A DNA stretch of 64,000 nt from Myxococcota bacterium (lineage in GTDB: Bacteria > Myxococcota_A > UBA9160 > UBA6930), in assembly GCA_965223415.1 (NCBI GenBank), contig OZ245002.1, positions 5,696,001 through 5,760,000 on the forward strand. Reading direction: 5' to 3'. The notes beneath the pieces were generated by a model. The model did not search any database, was not told the origin of the DNA, and was given only the letters and a program-made list of their open reading frames with translations. Positions 41,410 to 50,397 of this stretch are shown here, piece after piece. Numbering within the stretch: the first letter of the stretch is position 1; every line of letters starts with the position of its first letter. A program made the position numbers and the translations under genes.

Positions 41410-41931
41410 ATGAGGCGGACGCTGCGGCGGTTCGCCGACGGGGTAGCGGCCCTCTCGGAACGCGTGGGCACGGCTGCGGCCTGGCTCTACCCGGCGCTCG
41501 TGGGCGTGATGGTCGTGAACGTGGCCCTGCGCTACGGCCTCGGCCGCGGCTTCATCGAGCTGGAGGAGCTCCAGTGGCACCTCTACGCCGGCGCGTTCCT
41601 GCTCGGCTTCGCCTACACCTACGTCGCGGACGAGCACGTGCGCGTGGACGTCGTGGCCTCGCAACTGCCGCCCCGGGCCCGCGCGTGGATCGAGCTCCTG
41701 GGCTGCCTGCTGCTCCTCTTCCCTTTCACGGCGATCGTGTCGGCCTCGGCCTTCGACTTCTTCCTCCAGTCCTGGCAGCTCGGCGAGCGCTCGCCCATGC
41801 CGAGCGGGCTCCCCCACCGCTGGATCATCAAGGCTGTGCTCTTCGCGGCGCTCTCGCTGCTGTGCCTCCAGTCCCTGGGCACGGCGGCGAGTCGGGCGCT
41901 CTTCCTCTGGCCCGAGCGGGAGGAGCGCTAG
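41410..41931 (+). CDS. dctQ: TRAP transporter small permease
   Basis: 4 TM segments; ELQWHLY, HVRVD. Confidence 0.92.
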   Translation: MRRTLRRFADGVAALSERVGTAAAWLYPALVGVMVVNVALRYGLGRGFIELEELQWHLYAGAFLLGFAYTYVADEHVRVDVVASQLPPRARAWIELLGCLLLLFPFTAIVSASAFDFFLQSWQLGERSPMPSGLPHRWIIKAVLFAALSLLCLQSLGTAASRALFLWPEREER

Positions 41932-41937
41932 GCGGCC

Positions 41938-43284
41938 GTGGAAGGTGATCTCAACGTCCTCTTCGTCGTGCTCATGTTCGCGAGCTTCGTGGCGCTGCTG
42001 CTCACGGGCTACCCGGTCGCGTGGGTGCTGGCGGGCGTCGGGGTCGTCTTTGCCGCGACCGGCGAACTCCTGAACGCCCGCGGTGTCGACGTGGACGCGG
42101 ACCTGGCCACCCTCGGGCTCGTGGTGGACCGCATCTACGGAACGATGTCGAACTACGGGCTGGTTCCGCTTCCCCTCTTCGTGTTCATGGGCCACATGCT
42201 CGATCGCAGCGGCGTGGCGGCGGAGCTGCTGCGCGCCCTCCAGGCGTTGATGGGGCGCCTGGCCGGCGGCCTCGCCCTCGCGGTGACGCTCCTGGGCGTG
42301 GTGTTGGCGGCCTCGACGGGCATCATCGGCGCGTCGGTGGCACTCCTCGGCACCCTCGCGCTGCCGGCCATGCTCGAGGACGGCTACCAGCCGGAGCTGG
42401 CGGTCGGCACCGTCGCGGCGTCGGGCTGCCTCGGGATCCTGATCCCGCCGAGCATCATGCTCGTGCTGATGAGCGACCCCATGCAGCTCTCGGTGGGCGA
42501 TCTCTTCCTCGGCGCGGTCTTCCCGGGCCTGCTGCTCGCCGGCCTCTACCTGGGCTACCTGGGCCTGCGCTGCTGGTGGCAGCCCGAGCTGGCGCCACCC
42601 CACCGCGGCAGCGCCGGCAGCGCCGCCCTGGGCGATGTGCTGCGCGCCCTCCTCCCGCCCCTGGGCCTGATCGCCCTGGTGCTGGGCTCGATCTTCTTCG
42701 GCGTGGTCTCGCCGTCGGAGGCCGCCGGGGTGGGCGCCCTGGGTGCCACCCTTCTCTCTCTGGCGCGCCGTCGTCTCGACCGCCGGGTCGTGCGGGAGGT
42801 ATCCCGCGCCACCGCCCGCACCACGTCGTTCATCTTCGCCATCTTCCTCGGCGCGACCTGCTTCTCCGTCGTGCTCCGGGAGCTGGGCGGCGACCAGGTG
42901 ATCGAGGGGGCCATCACCGCCCTGCCCTTCGGCCCCACCGGCATCGTCGTCTCGTTGATGGCCCTCGTCTTCGTGCTGGGCTTCTTCCTGGACTGGATCG
43001 AGATCACCTTGATCGTCCTGCCCCTCGTCGAGCCGATCACCGGCGTGCTCGGCATCGACAAGCTCTGGTTCACCATGCTGGTCGCGGTCTGCCTGCAGAC
43101 CTCCTTCCTGACGCCACCCGTGGGCTTCGCCCTCTTCTACCTGAAGGGCGTGGCGCCGCCGGAGATCGAGCTGCCCCATCTGTACCGCGGCATCGTGCCC
43201 TTCGTCCTGCTCCAGCTGGTGGGGCTGGCCGCCCTCTTCCTCTGGCCGGAGCTGGTCACCTGGCTCCCGGCAGCGGCCTTCTGA
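41938..43284 (+). CDS. dctM: TRAP transporter large permease
   Basis: G.LGILIPPSIML, GFFLDWIEI, QTSFLTPP.GFALFYL. Confidence 0.95.
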   Translation: MEGDLNVLFVVLMFASFVALLLTGYPVAWVLAGVGVVFAATGELLNARGVDVDADLATLGLVVDRIYGTMSNYGLVPLPLFVFMGHMLDRSGVAAELLRALQALMGRLAGGLALAVTLLGVVLAASTGIIGASVALLGTLALPAMLEDGYQPELAVGTVAASGCLGILIPPSIMLVLMSDPMQLSVGDLFLGAVFPGLLLAGLYLGYLGLRCWWQPELAPPHRGSAGSAALGDVLRALLPPLGLIALVLGSIFFGVVSPSEAAGVGALGATLLSLARRRLDRRVVREVSRATARTTSFIFAIFLGATCFSVVLRELGGDQVIEGAITALPFGPTGIVVSLMALVFVLGFFLDWIEITLIVLPLVEPITGVLGIDKLWFTMLVAVCLQTSFLTPPVGFALFYLKGVAPPEIELPHLYRGIVPFVLLQLVGLAALFLWPELVTWLPAAAF

Positions 43285-43324
43285 TGCTGCGCACCTGCCT
43301 CCCGATGGCGGCCTTCTGATGCTG
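43257..43324. repeat. Imperfect tandem duplication (2 x 33 bp, period 35) of the dctM stop / next-gene start junction
   Basis: CACCTGGCTCCCGGCAGCGGCCTTCTGATGCTG vs CACCTGCCTCCCGATGGCGGCCTTCTGATGCTG. Confidence 0.8.
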
Positions 43325-44359
43325 GACGCGCACCCCAGCGCGGCCCGCGTCCACGGCGCCCTCCTGGCCCGCGGCCGCGAAGCCCTCCCCACCCGCCACG
43401 GCCGTTTCGTGCTCCACCGCTTCCTCCACCTGGGGCGCGGCGAGACCCTCCTCGCGGCGACGATCGGGGAGCTCGCGGGAGACGAGCCGCTCCTGGCTCG
43501 CGTGCACTCCGCCTGCGTCACGAGCGAGGTGCTCGGCGCCTGCGACTGCGACTGCGCCGCCCAGCTGCAGGCCGCTCTCGGCGAGATCGCCGCCGAAGGG
43601 CGGGGCGTTCTCTTCTACCCCGGTCAGGAGGGACGCGGCGCCGGCCTGGTGGCGAAGGCACGGGATCGCATGCTGGTGCAGGCGAGCCGGGAGCGCATCA
43701 CCACCTTCGAGGCCTACGAGCGCCTGGGCTTGCCCCACGACCCGCGCGGCTACGACGAGATCGCCGACATGCGCGCGCTGCTGGGATGCAGCGCGCCGCT
43801 CCTCCTGCTGACGAACAACCCGGACAAGGTGTCGGGCCTCGACCGGGCCAAGGTGCCCCTGGCGGGCGTTCGGCCCCTGGTGACGGAGCCCTCGCCCTTC
43901 AACCAGCACTACCTGGCCGCGAAGGGACGCGCGGGCCACGAGCTCTCCGCCGCAGACGCCCGCCGGGCGCCGCTTCCCCGCCCGGTGGAAGCGCGGCCGC
44001 CGGCGCACCACGCCCGGGACCCGGACTGGATCCGTGCCGCGGCGTACCTGATCCCCGTGGGCCCCCGGACCGGCGAGCCGCCCTGCTGGATGGAGGCGCA
44101 GGTCTGGCTCGACCTCCGGCGCGGACGGCCACGCCTGCTGCTGGTGGGCCTGGACGGCCCGGGCCCCGTCGGCGGCTGGCTCGGCCAGCGCTGGGCCGAC
44201 CGCTTCGTCGAGGCCCCCGGCCCGCGCGCGGTCCTCGCGGACTGGCTGGGCCGCCTCGCCCGGGACGGCGTCGGCTGCATCGGGCTCCTGGATCCCGGCG
44301 AGTCGGCGCCGGACGGGCCGAGCGAGCGACTGTGGCGGCATCCGGTGACCGGGCCGTGA
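43319..44359 (+). CDS. GTP cyclohydrolase II (RibA)-like protein with a divergent C-terminal extension
   Basis: RVHSAC...CDC Zn motif, QEGRGAGL..K, D.R.Y, LLTNNPDK, N..YL.AK...GH. Confidence 0.85.
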   Translation: MLDAHPSAARVHGALLARGREALPTRHGRFVLHRFLHLGRGETLLAATIGELAGDEPLLARVHSACVTSEVLGACDCDCAAQLQAALGEIAAEGRGVLFYPGQEGRGAGLVAKARDRMLVQASRERITTFEAYERLGLPHDPRGYDEIADMRALLGCSAPLLLLTNNPDKVSGLDRAKVPLAGVRPLVTEPSPFNQHYLAAKGRAGHELSAADARRAPLPRPVEARPPAHHARDPDWIRAAAYLIPVGPRTGEPPCWMEAQVWLDLRRGRPRLLLVGLDGPGPVGGWLGQRWADRFVEAPGPRAVLADWLGRLARDGVGCIGLLDPGESAPDGPSERLWRHPVTGP

Positions 44360-46185
44360 GCACGACCGCCGAGCTGCGCGCCCGCCTGGAGCAGGTCCCC
44401 GCGCGGCTGGTCGAGGCCGCGCACGACGGGACGACCCTGCCCCGTAGCCTGCGGACGTGCCGCAGGCTGCTCGTGACCGGTGCCGGCAGCTCCGCCGGGC
44501 ACGCGCGCTTCCTCGTCGACGCCCTCGCCGAGGCCCGGCCCGCTCGCTGGCGCCCGCTCACCGCCTTCGCCGCCGGCCCGCCGCCGGACGCGGAGCGCGA
44601 CGGGCTGATCGTCTTCAGCCAGGGCCTCTCGCCGAACGCGTGTCTCGCGCTCCACGGAGCCGAGCGCTTCCGGGCCGTCGTTCTCGTCACCGCCGCCCGG
44701 AACGCCGACGCGGCCACCCGCCGGCGACTCGACGGCCTTCGCGAGCGCGGGGTTTGCGTCGTCGACACGGGGGCCGACGAGGAGCGCGGCAGCCTGGTGC
44801 GGTTGGCGGGACCCGTCCTCGCCTACGCCGCCGCCCTTCGCATCGCCGGAGCCCTGGAGGGCTCCCCGGTCTTCTCGGACGCAGAGGTCGCCGCGGCCCT
44901 CGAGCGAGGCTTCCGGCGTGGCATCGACGAAGTGGGCGGGCTCCCCGACGCCGCCTTCACCGGCGACTTCCTCCTGCTCGGAAGCGGCCTCGACCCGGGC
45001 GCCCGCGACAACCTGCGGCTCAAGCTCGCGGAAGGCCTGCTCGCGACGGTGCCACCGGTGTGCGACCTCCTCGAGTTTCCCCACGGCCCCTTCCAGCAGC
45101 TCTACGGGCGGGACGCCACCCTGCTCGCCCTCGCCGATCCGGGCGACCCGGCGGGCGCGGCGCTCCTGCCCCGGGTCGCCGGGATGCTCACGCCGGCGCA
45201 GCGGCTGATCGAGGTGCCCGCCGCGCTTCCGGGGCGGCTCTCGGTCTTCGAGCACGAGATCTGGCTCGGCTGCTTCACCCTGGAGGGCATGGAGCGGCGG
45301 GGCATCGACGCGGCCCGCTGGCCGGGCCGCGGCCTTGACGAGCCGCTCTACGAGCTGGCGGCCCCGGTGGCGGCGCCAGCGTCGGCGGCCGCGCCGCAGC
45401 CCGACCCGGCGCGTCGTCGCCTCGAGCACTTGACCTGGCCCGAGCTGGAGCGTCTGCGCGAGGCGGGCCCCCTCACGGCCGTGATCGCGCTGGGCTCGAC
45501 GGAGCAGCACGGCCCGCACCTCCCGTTCGGAACCGACACCTGGATCGCCGACGCCCTGGCCGAGCGCTTCTGCGCGCGGGTGCCCGAGGCCGTCGCCCTC
45601 CCGGCCGTGCCCTTCGGCTGCGCACGAGAGCACATGGCCTTCCCCGGAACCCTCGACCTGGGCGAGGATCACCTGACCGGGCTGCTCGTCGACCTGCTCC
45701 GCTCGCTGGCGCACCACGGCTTCGCCCGGGCCTACGTCTTCTCGGCGCACGGCGGGAACGTGGAGCTCCTGCGCCGCAGCCAGGAAGGCCTCGCCGCGAG
45801 CGCCCCTTCCCTGGCGCTCCACGTCTCCACCGATCACCGGCGCCTGAACGAGGCGCTCCTTGCGGTCGCCGCCGACCAGGGCGTCGCCGCGTCGGCCGCC
45901 GGGCTCCACGCGGGCGAGCTCGAGGCTTCGATCATCGCCGGCCTCGCGCCCGGGGCCCTGCGGCGGGCGGAGGCGCGGCCGGGCTACCGGGAGCCGGTCG
46001 ACGACGCCCGCGCCCTCTTCTACCCGAGCCTCCGCGACCATGCGCCGGACGGGACGGTCGGCGATCCCACCGCCGCCTCAGCGGCCCGCGCCGAGCGCTA
46101 CCTCGAGACGTGGGCCGAGCTCCTGGTCGCGGACTACCGGGCCCGGAAGAACGCCCAGTGCACGAAGGGCACGAAGAAGGCGTAG
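44356..46185 (+). CDS. Fusion: N-terminal SIS (sugar isomerase-like) region + C-terminal creatininase/amidohydrolase domain
   Basis: VTGAGSS..HA, FSQGLS, KLAEG, EFPHGP; then GSTEQHGPHLPFGTD, HGGN, HAGELEAS, G.VGDP. Confidence 0.8.
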   Translation: MSTTAELRARLEQVPARLVEAAHDGTTLPRSLRTCRRLLVTGAGSSAGHARFLVDALAEARPARWRPLTAFAAGPPPDAERDGLIVFSQGLSPNACLALHGAERFRAVVLVTAARNADAATRRRLDGLRERGVCVVDTGADEERGSLVRLAGPVLAYAAALRIAGALEGSPVFSDAEVAAALERGFRRGIDEVGGLPDAAFTGDFLLLGSGLDPGARDNLRLKLAEGLLATVPPVCDLLEFPHGPFQQLYGRDATLLALADPGDPAGAALLPRVAGMLTPAQRLIEVPAALPGRLSVFEHEIWLGCFTLEGMERRGIDAARWPGRGLDEPLYELAAPVAAPASAAAPQPDPARRRLEHLTWPELERLREAGPLTAVIALGSTEQHGPHLPFGTDTWIADALAERFCARVPEAVALPAVPFGCAREHMAFPGTLDLGEDHLTGLLVDLLRSLAHHGFARAYVFSAHGGNVELLRRSQEGLAASAPSLALHVSTDHRRLNEALLAVAADQGVAASAAGLHAGELEASIIAGLAPGALRRAEARPGYREPVDDARALFYPSLRDHAPDGTVGDPTAASAARAERYLETWAELLVADYRARKNAQCTKGTKKA

Positions 46186-46841
46186 TAGAGCTGGTTCGGG
46201 ACGAGCCGGATCGCCCAGCCCTCGTCCAGCCCGGCCAGGATCATCACGTCCGCCGAGGCCCACAGGCCGTAGTAGGCGACGACGTAGCCGAGCACCGCGC
46301 GCAGGAAGGCCGCGCGGGCCCCGCCCTCGCCGAGACGTCCGGGCACGACGCGGCGGGCGAGCACGAGGGAGACGACGACGAAGGCGCTCTCGTGGACGAG
46401 CCACAGCACCTGGTTCGGCACCTCGCCGAGCGCACGGGCAAGGGCGAGCTCGACGACGAAGGCGAATACCGGCACCAACGCCGTGAGGCCCGCCGCGCGC
46501 GCCGCCGAGCGCCCGGGGCCGCCGCCGGGCGCCAGGAGGTGCAGGACGAGCCAATACACGCGGAAGTCGCCCAGCAGCACGAACGAGAGGCCGAGGGCGG
46601 TCGAGACCGTCTCGCTCCCCGCGGCCGTCGCAATCGGCCCGGTGGCCACCGGGTCGAGCATCGTCTCGGCGGCGAAGAGCAGGAGCCAGCCGGACACGAA
46701 GCCCGCCTGGGCCGGCGCGGCCCCGCCGCGCGGCGGTTCCGTGGCCGCGCGCATCGCCAGGTAGGCGAAGGGCACCACGAGCAGCGCCCAGGGCCATTGC
46801 CAGGACGCGTAGTAGAAGGTCTGCCAGCTAGACGCGTCCAA
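46134..46841 (-). CDS. Hypothetical integral membrane protein
   Basis: About 7 hydrophobic segments; FVLLGDFR, PNQLYY; overlaps the carF stop. Confidence 0.65.
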   Translation of the reverse strand: MDASSWQTFYYASWQWPWALLVVPFAYLAMRAATEPPRGGAAPAQAGFVSGWLLLFAAETMLDPVATGPIATAAGSETVSTALGLSFVLLGDFRVYWLVLHLLAPGGGPGRSAARAAGLTALVPVFAFVVELALARALGEVPNQVLWLVHESAFVVVSLVLARRVVPGRLGEGGARAAFLRAVLGYVVAYYGLWASADVMILAGLDEGWAIRLVPNQLYYAFFVPFVHWAFFRAR

Positions 46842-47499
46842 CGCCCGCCTCCCGGTGCTCGTGCCGCCGACGCGGCTCGAGGGCGCGGAACAGGCCGAGC
46901 CGGTCGACGAGCGGGTTCATCCAGCCGGTCACGACACAGAAATGCGTCGCGTGGGCGCCGCGATGGTGGCGGGCGTGGTGCCGCGGCGGAAGCAGCAGGT
47001 GGTAGCGCTGGAGCCAGGCGAGGGGCGCCGGCACCCGCGGCAGGTGCGCCCAGCGATGGATGGGGTTGCTGAAGAGCGCCGCCAGGGCCAAGGTGCCCAG
47101 CGCCCCGAGGCCGCCGCTGGCCAGCCCGGAGGTGCCGAAGGCGGGTGCCAGCCAGGCGCCGAGGGCGACCACCGGCAGCAGGGCCAGGGCGTTGTTGCCC
47201 GTCACCTCCACGAAGCCGTGGCGGGTGATGCCCAGCGGGTCCACGTGGTGCTCCCGAAACGGCTGGATCACGGCGCGCCCGATCCACGGGGTGTCGGCGT
47301 CGAAACAGCGGTCCCCCAGCCAGTGGACGAAGCCTGTCGCGAGGTCCGCCGCCGCGACGCCGGCCAACGCGCCGACGAGGATCCAGGGGGCGTGGGCTGC
47401 GCCAGGGAGCGGACCCAGGCGCAGCGCGGCCGCCGACGAGAGCAGCGCGAAGGCCAGGAGCGAGGCACCGTCCAGGACGCGAAGCCAGGGGGGTCGCAC
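46828..47499 (-). CDS. carF: CarF/TMEM189-family plasmanylethanolamine desaturase
   Basis: D..TG.VHW.GD, FREHH.DP, IHRWAH, HHARHH, FCVVTGWMN. Confidence 0.88.
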   Translation of the reverse strand: MRPPWLRVLDGASLLAFALLSSAAALRLGPLPGAAHAPWILVGALAGVAAADLATGFVHWLGDRCFDADTPWIGRAVIQPFREHHVDPLGITRHGFVEVTGNNALALLPVVALGAWLAPAFGTSGLASGGLGALGTLALAALFSNPIHRWAHLPRVPAPLAWLQRYHLLLPPRHHARHHRGAHATHFCVVTGWMNPLVDRLGLFRALEPRRRHEHREAGVGRV

Positions 47500-47543
47500 G
47501 ACTCGCAGGGTAGACCGGCCCCGGACACGGCGCTCACGCCGAA

Positions 47544-47571
47544 ACGCCCCCGTCCGCCAGAACGGGGGCGT
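47544..47571 (-). terminator. Putative intrinsic terminator
   Basis: 10-bp stem ACGCCCCCGT / ACGGGGGCGT, short U-run on the minus strand, downstream of the lipoprotein gene. Confidence 0.5.
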
Positions 47572-47587
47572 CGGTGAAGAGCCTCGC

Positions 47588-47689
47588 GGCAGCTAGAAGC
47601 GGACGCTCCGGTGCCCCGCTAGGCAGCTAGAAGCGGACGCTCCGGTGCCCTGCTAGGCAGCTAGAAGCCGACGCTCTCGCTGCCGAGCT
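47588..47689. repeat. Tandem repeat, 3 x 34 bp, duplicating the 3' end of the lipoprotein gene
   Basis: GGCAGCTAGAAGCGGACGCTCCGGTGCCCYGCTA at 47588 and 47622; diverged third copy at 47656 contains the real stop. Confidence 0.85.
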
Positions 47690-48053
47690 GGCGGGTGAAG
47701 TAGTTCACCTCCACCACCTTGCCGTTGCCGCCGAAGTACACGTCGCAGGTGTAGGCCTGGCCCTTCGACGCGCCCGCGCCCGCACCGATGAACGGGATCG
47801 GGATCGGGATGCCGACGCCGGTGTTCTGGACGTACTCGAAGTGCCAGTGCTCGCGGCCGCCGGACTTGCCGGTGGCGCGCGGCTCGGCCTCGAGGATCTG
47901 GAGCACCTGGTCCTTGCTCATCCCCTTCTTGAGGGTCGCGGCGTTGTCGTAGTTGAACTGGTTGCCCGAGCGCGTGAGCCCGAGGCTCGCGCAGCCCAGG
48001 CTGGAGGCGAGCAGGAAAGCGGTGATCAGAGCGACCCCTCGGGTCTTGGTCAT
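47661..48053 (-). CDS. Lipoprotein with SmpA/OmlA (BamE)-like domain
   Basis: AAGGAGG RBS, lipobox SLGC, LKKGMSKDQV..IL..P...W.F. Confidence 0.7.
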   Translation of the reverse strand: MTKTRGVALITAFLLASSLGCASLGLTRSGNQFNYDNAATLKKGMSKDQVLQILEAEPRATGKSGGREHWHFEYVQNTGVGIPIPIPFIGAGAGASKGQAYTCDVYFGGNGKVVEVNYFTRQLGSESVGF

Positions 48054-48192
48054 GGCCGAAGCCTCCTTGGCGCAGTGGCGGTGATGTGCCGGTCCTATCG
48101 GGTCGCGCCGAACCGAGCTTGACGGCGACGCGCAGCTCCCGCTGGAACCCCTCAGGATCATTTCAAATTTCCCGGGCAGGGCAACCGGGCTC

Positions 48193-48966
48193 CTAGGACT
48201 CGAAGCTGCCGTGGCGGCCGGCCCCTTCCCGGAAGCGGGTGGCACCCTCGCGGGTCTCGCCGCTGCGGATCACGTCCCAGCCGAGCTCGTACTCGGCCAG
48301 GAGCGCCTCGGGCACCGGCTTGTTCCACTGCTGCAGGGCGGAGATCCGGTCGGCCCGCATGCAGCGCTCCGGGAAGCCCGCGATCTCGCGAGCCAGGGCT
48401 TCAGCGGCCCGCCGCGCGTCGCCGTCGGGCACGACCCGATCCGCCAGTCCGATGCGGAGGGCCTCCACGGCGCTCACGGGCCGGCCGGTCAGGATCAGGT
48501 CCATGGCGCGACCGTGGCCCACGATGCGGGGCAGGCGGACCGTGCCCCCGTCCACCAGGGGCACGCCCCAGCGGCGGCAGAAGACCCCGAAGGTCGCGCT
48601 CGCCTCCATCACGCGCAGATCGCACCACACCGCGAGCTCGAGCCCGCCCGCCACGGCATGGCCCGCCACCGCCGCGATCACCGGCTTCGAGAGCTCCATG
48701 CGCGTGGGCCCCATCGGCCCGTCGCCCTCGCGCAGCACCAGGTTGGCGTTGCCTGCGGCGGCGGAAACCTCCTTCAGGTCGGCTCCGGCACAAAAGGTGC
48801 CGTGCTCGCCGAACAGCACCGCCACCTTCGCGTCATCGTCGGCCTCGAAGGCGCGGAAGGCGTCGGCCAGCGCCCGGGCGTGCTCCCGGTCGACCGCGTT
48901 GCGCCGCTCCTTGCGGTCCATCACCACGGTGAACACCGGCCCGTCCCGCTCGGTTCGAATGGCCAC
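48193..48966 (-). CDS. Enoyl-CoA hydratase/crotonase family protein
   Basis: FCAGADL, GHAVAGGLELA, FGVFCRRWGVPL. Confidence 0.92.
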   Translation of the reverse strand: MAIRTERDGPVFTVVMDRKERRNAVDREHARALADAFRAFEADDDAKVAVLFGEHGTFCAGADLKEVSAAAGNANLVLREGDGPMGPTRMELSKPVIAAVAGHAVAGGLELAVWCDLRVMEASATFGVFCRRWGVPLVDGGTVRLPRIVGHGRAMDLILTGRPVSAVEALRIGLADRVVPDGDARRAAEALAREIAGFPERCMRADRISALQQWNKPVPEALLAEYELGWDVIRSGETREGATRFREGAGRHGSFES

Positions 48967-50228
48967 TAGGCCGTCACCTCCCGGGGCGCGCCGCGGGCGA
49001 CGCGCACCCGCGTGATGCGGCTGCCGGACACGCCGGCGACCGTGACCGTGAAGCCCTCGAGATCCGCCCGGTCCCCCTGCTTGGGGGCGTGACCGAGGGT
49101 GTTGAAGACGAGGCCACCCAGCGAGTCGCCGCGTTCGGCGGGCACGTCCCAGCCGGTCTCCCGGTTGAAGTCCAGCACCTTGACCCGGCCCAGGGCTTCG
49201 TAGGTGCCGTCGCCGGTCTGGCGGATGGTCTGCAGCTCTTCCCGGTCGAACTCGTCGCGGATCTCGCCGACGATCTCCTCCAGGATGTCCTCGGCGGTGC
49301 ACAGGCCCAGGGTCACGCCGAACTCGTCCTTCACCAGGGCCATGTGCATGAAGCCGCGCTGCATCTCCTGGAGGAGCCGCAGGATCGGCTTTCGCTCCGG
49401 CACCCGCAGCACCGGCTTCAGGATGCCGACCACCTGGGTGCCACCCTCACGCACGAGCTCGATCAGATCCTTCAGGTGGACGACGCCGGCGACGTCGTCG
49501 ATGTCCTCCCGGTAGATCGGCACCCGCGTGTAGCGCTCCTCGAGCACCTTCTCGAGCAGCTCGACCGGCGGCATCGAGTCGGGGAAGGCCACGATCTCGG
49601 TGCGCGGCACCATGATCTCCTCCACCGTCATGTCGGCCGCGCCGGCGGTGGCACCGATGATGGCCAGCGGCGTGCCCTCGGGCTTGCCGTTCGCGTTGGC
49701 GCGGGCGACGCGCAGCACCGCCTCGGTGGCAGCGGCGGCATCGGTGCTCTCCTGCCCGCCCACACGGCGCACCACCGGCTCCACCAGCCGGTCGAAGACC
49801 GCGTGCACCGGGCGCAGCGCCTGGTGCAGCACGTAGATGGGGAGCGCGACGCCGAAGCCGATGCGGCGCGGGTGGCTGGCCGCGGCGGCCTTCGGAAGCA
49901 CCTCGCAGAAGACGAGCACGAGGATCGTCATCACCACCGTGGACACGAGGATGCCCGTGCGATCCCCCAGCGTGTGGATCGCCAGGGCGGAGGCCGCACT
50001 CGCGCCGAGGATGTTCACGAGGTTGTTGCCGAGCAGGATCGTGACGAGCAGGCGTGAGGTGTGGTCGAGCAGGTCCCGGGCCGCCAGGGCGGCCGGACCG
50101 CGCAACGCCTTCACCTCCTCCTCCAGCTCGTGGGGGCCCAGCCGCAGCAGCGCCGTCTCGCTGCCGGAGAAGAACGCCGACAGGAGCAGACACACCACGA
50201 CCAGGATCACCAGGGACAAGGCATCCAT
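48966..50228 (-). CDS. HlyC/CorC (CNNM) family transporter: DUF21 + CBS pair + CorC domain
   Basis: SAFFSGSETAL, ILLGNNLVNI, EVLPK, IMVPR, YTRVPIY, DEFG, EDILEEIVGEI.DE. Confidence 0.92.
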   Translation of the reverse strand: MDALSLVILVVVCLLLSAFFSGSETALLRLGPHELEEEVKALRGPAALAARDLLDHTSRLLVTILLGNNLVNILGASAASALAIHTLGDRTGILVSTVVMTILVLVFCEVLPKAAAASHPRRIGFGVALPIYVLHQALRPVHAVFDRLVEPVVRRVGGQESTDAAAATEAVLRVARANANGKPEGTPLAIIGATAGAADMTVEEIMVPRTEIVAFPDSMPPVELLEKVLEERYTRVPIYREDIDDVAGVVHLKDLIELVREGGTQVVGILKPVLRVPERKPILRLLQEMQRGFMHMALVKDEFGVTLGLCTAEDILEEIVGEIRDEFDREELQTIRQTGDGTYEALGRVKVLDFNRETGWDVPAERGDSLGGLVFNTLGHAPKQGDRADLEGFTVTVAGVSGSRITRVRVARGAPREVTA

Positions 50229-50397
50229 GGGACCTCCTCCGGTCTGCCCACGGGAGGTGGACAGCCGAGTGAGCGAGCGCCGCCGGGATCGCGGTTCGCG
50301 GGATTCGCTGGGAACCGGGACCGGTGGGTCTTTGGGGGCGACGCGTGCATCGACTCCCCAAGGCTAGGGCGGCGCCGGGGCGCCGGCAAATGGGCCC

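Noticed and set aside
45400..46185. Mycofactocin peptidase MftE
   Set aside because: Creatininase fold only; no mftA-D or mftF in the window, and the domain is fused to an SIS region.
47588..47689. 34-bp repeats as a CRISPR array
   Set aside because: Units are directly adjacent with no unique spacers, derive from the neighbouring gene end, and no cas genes are present.
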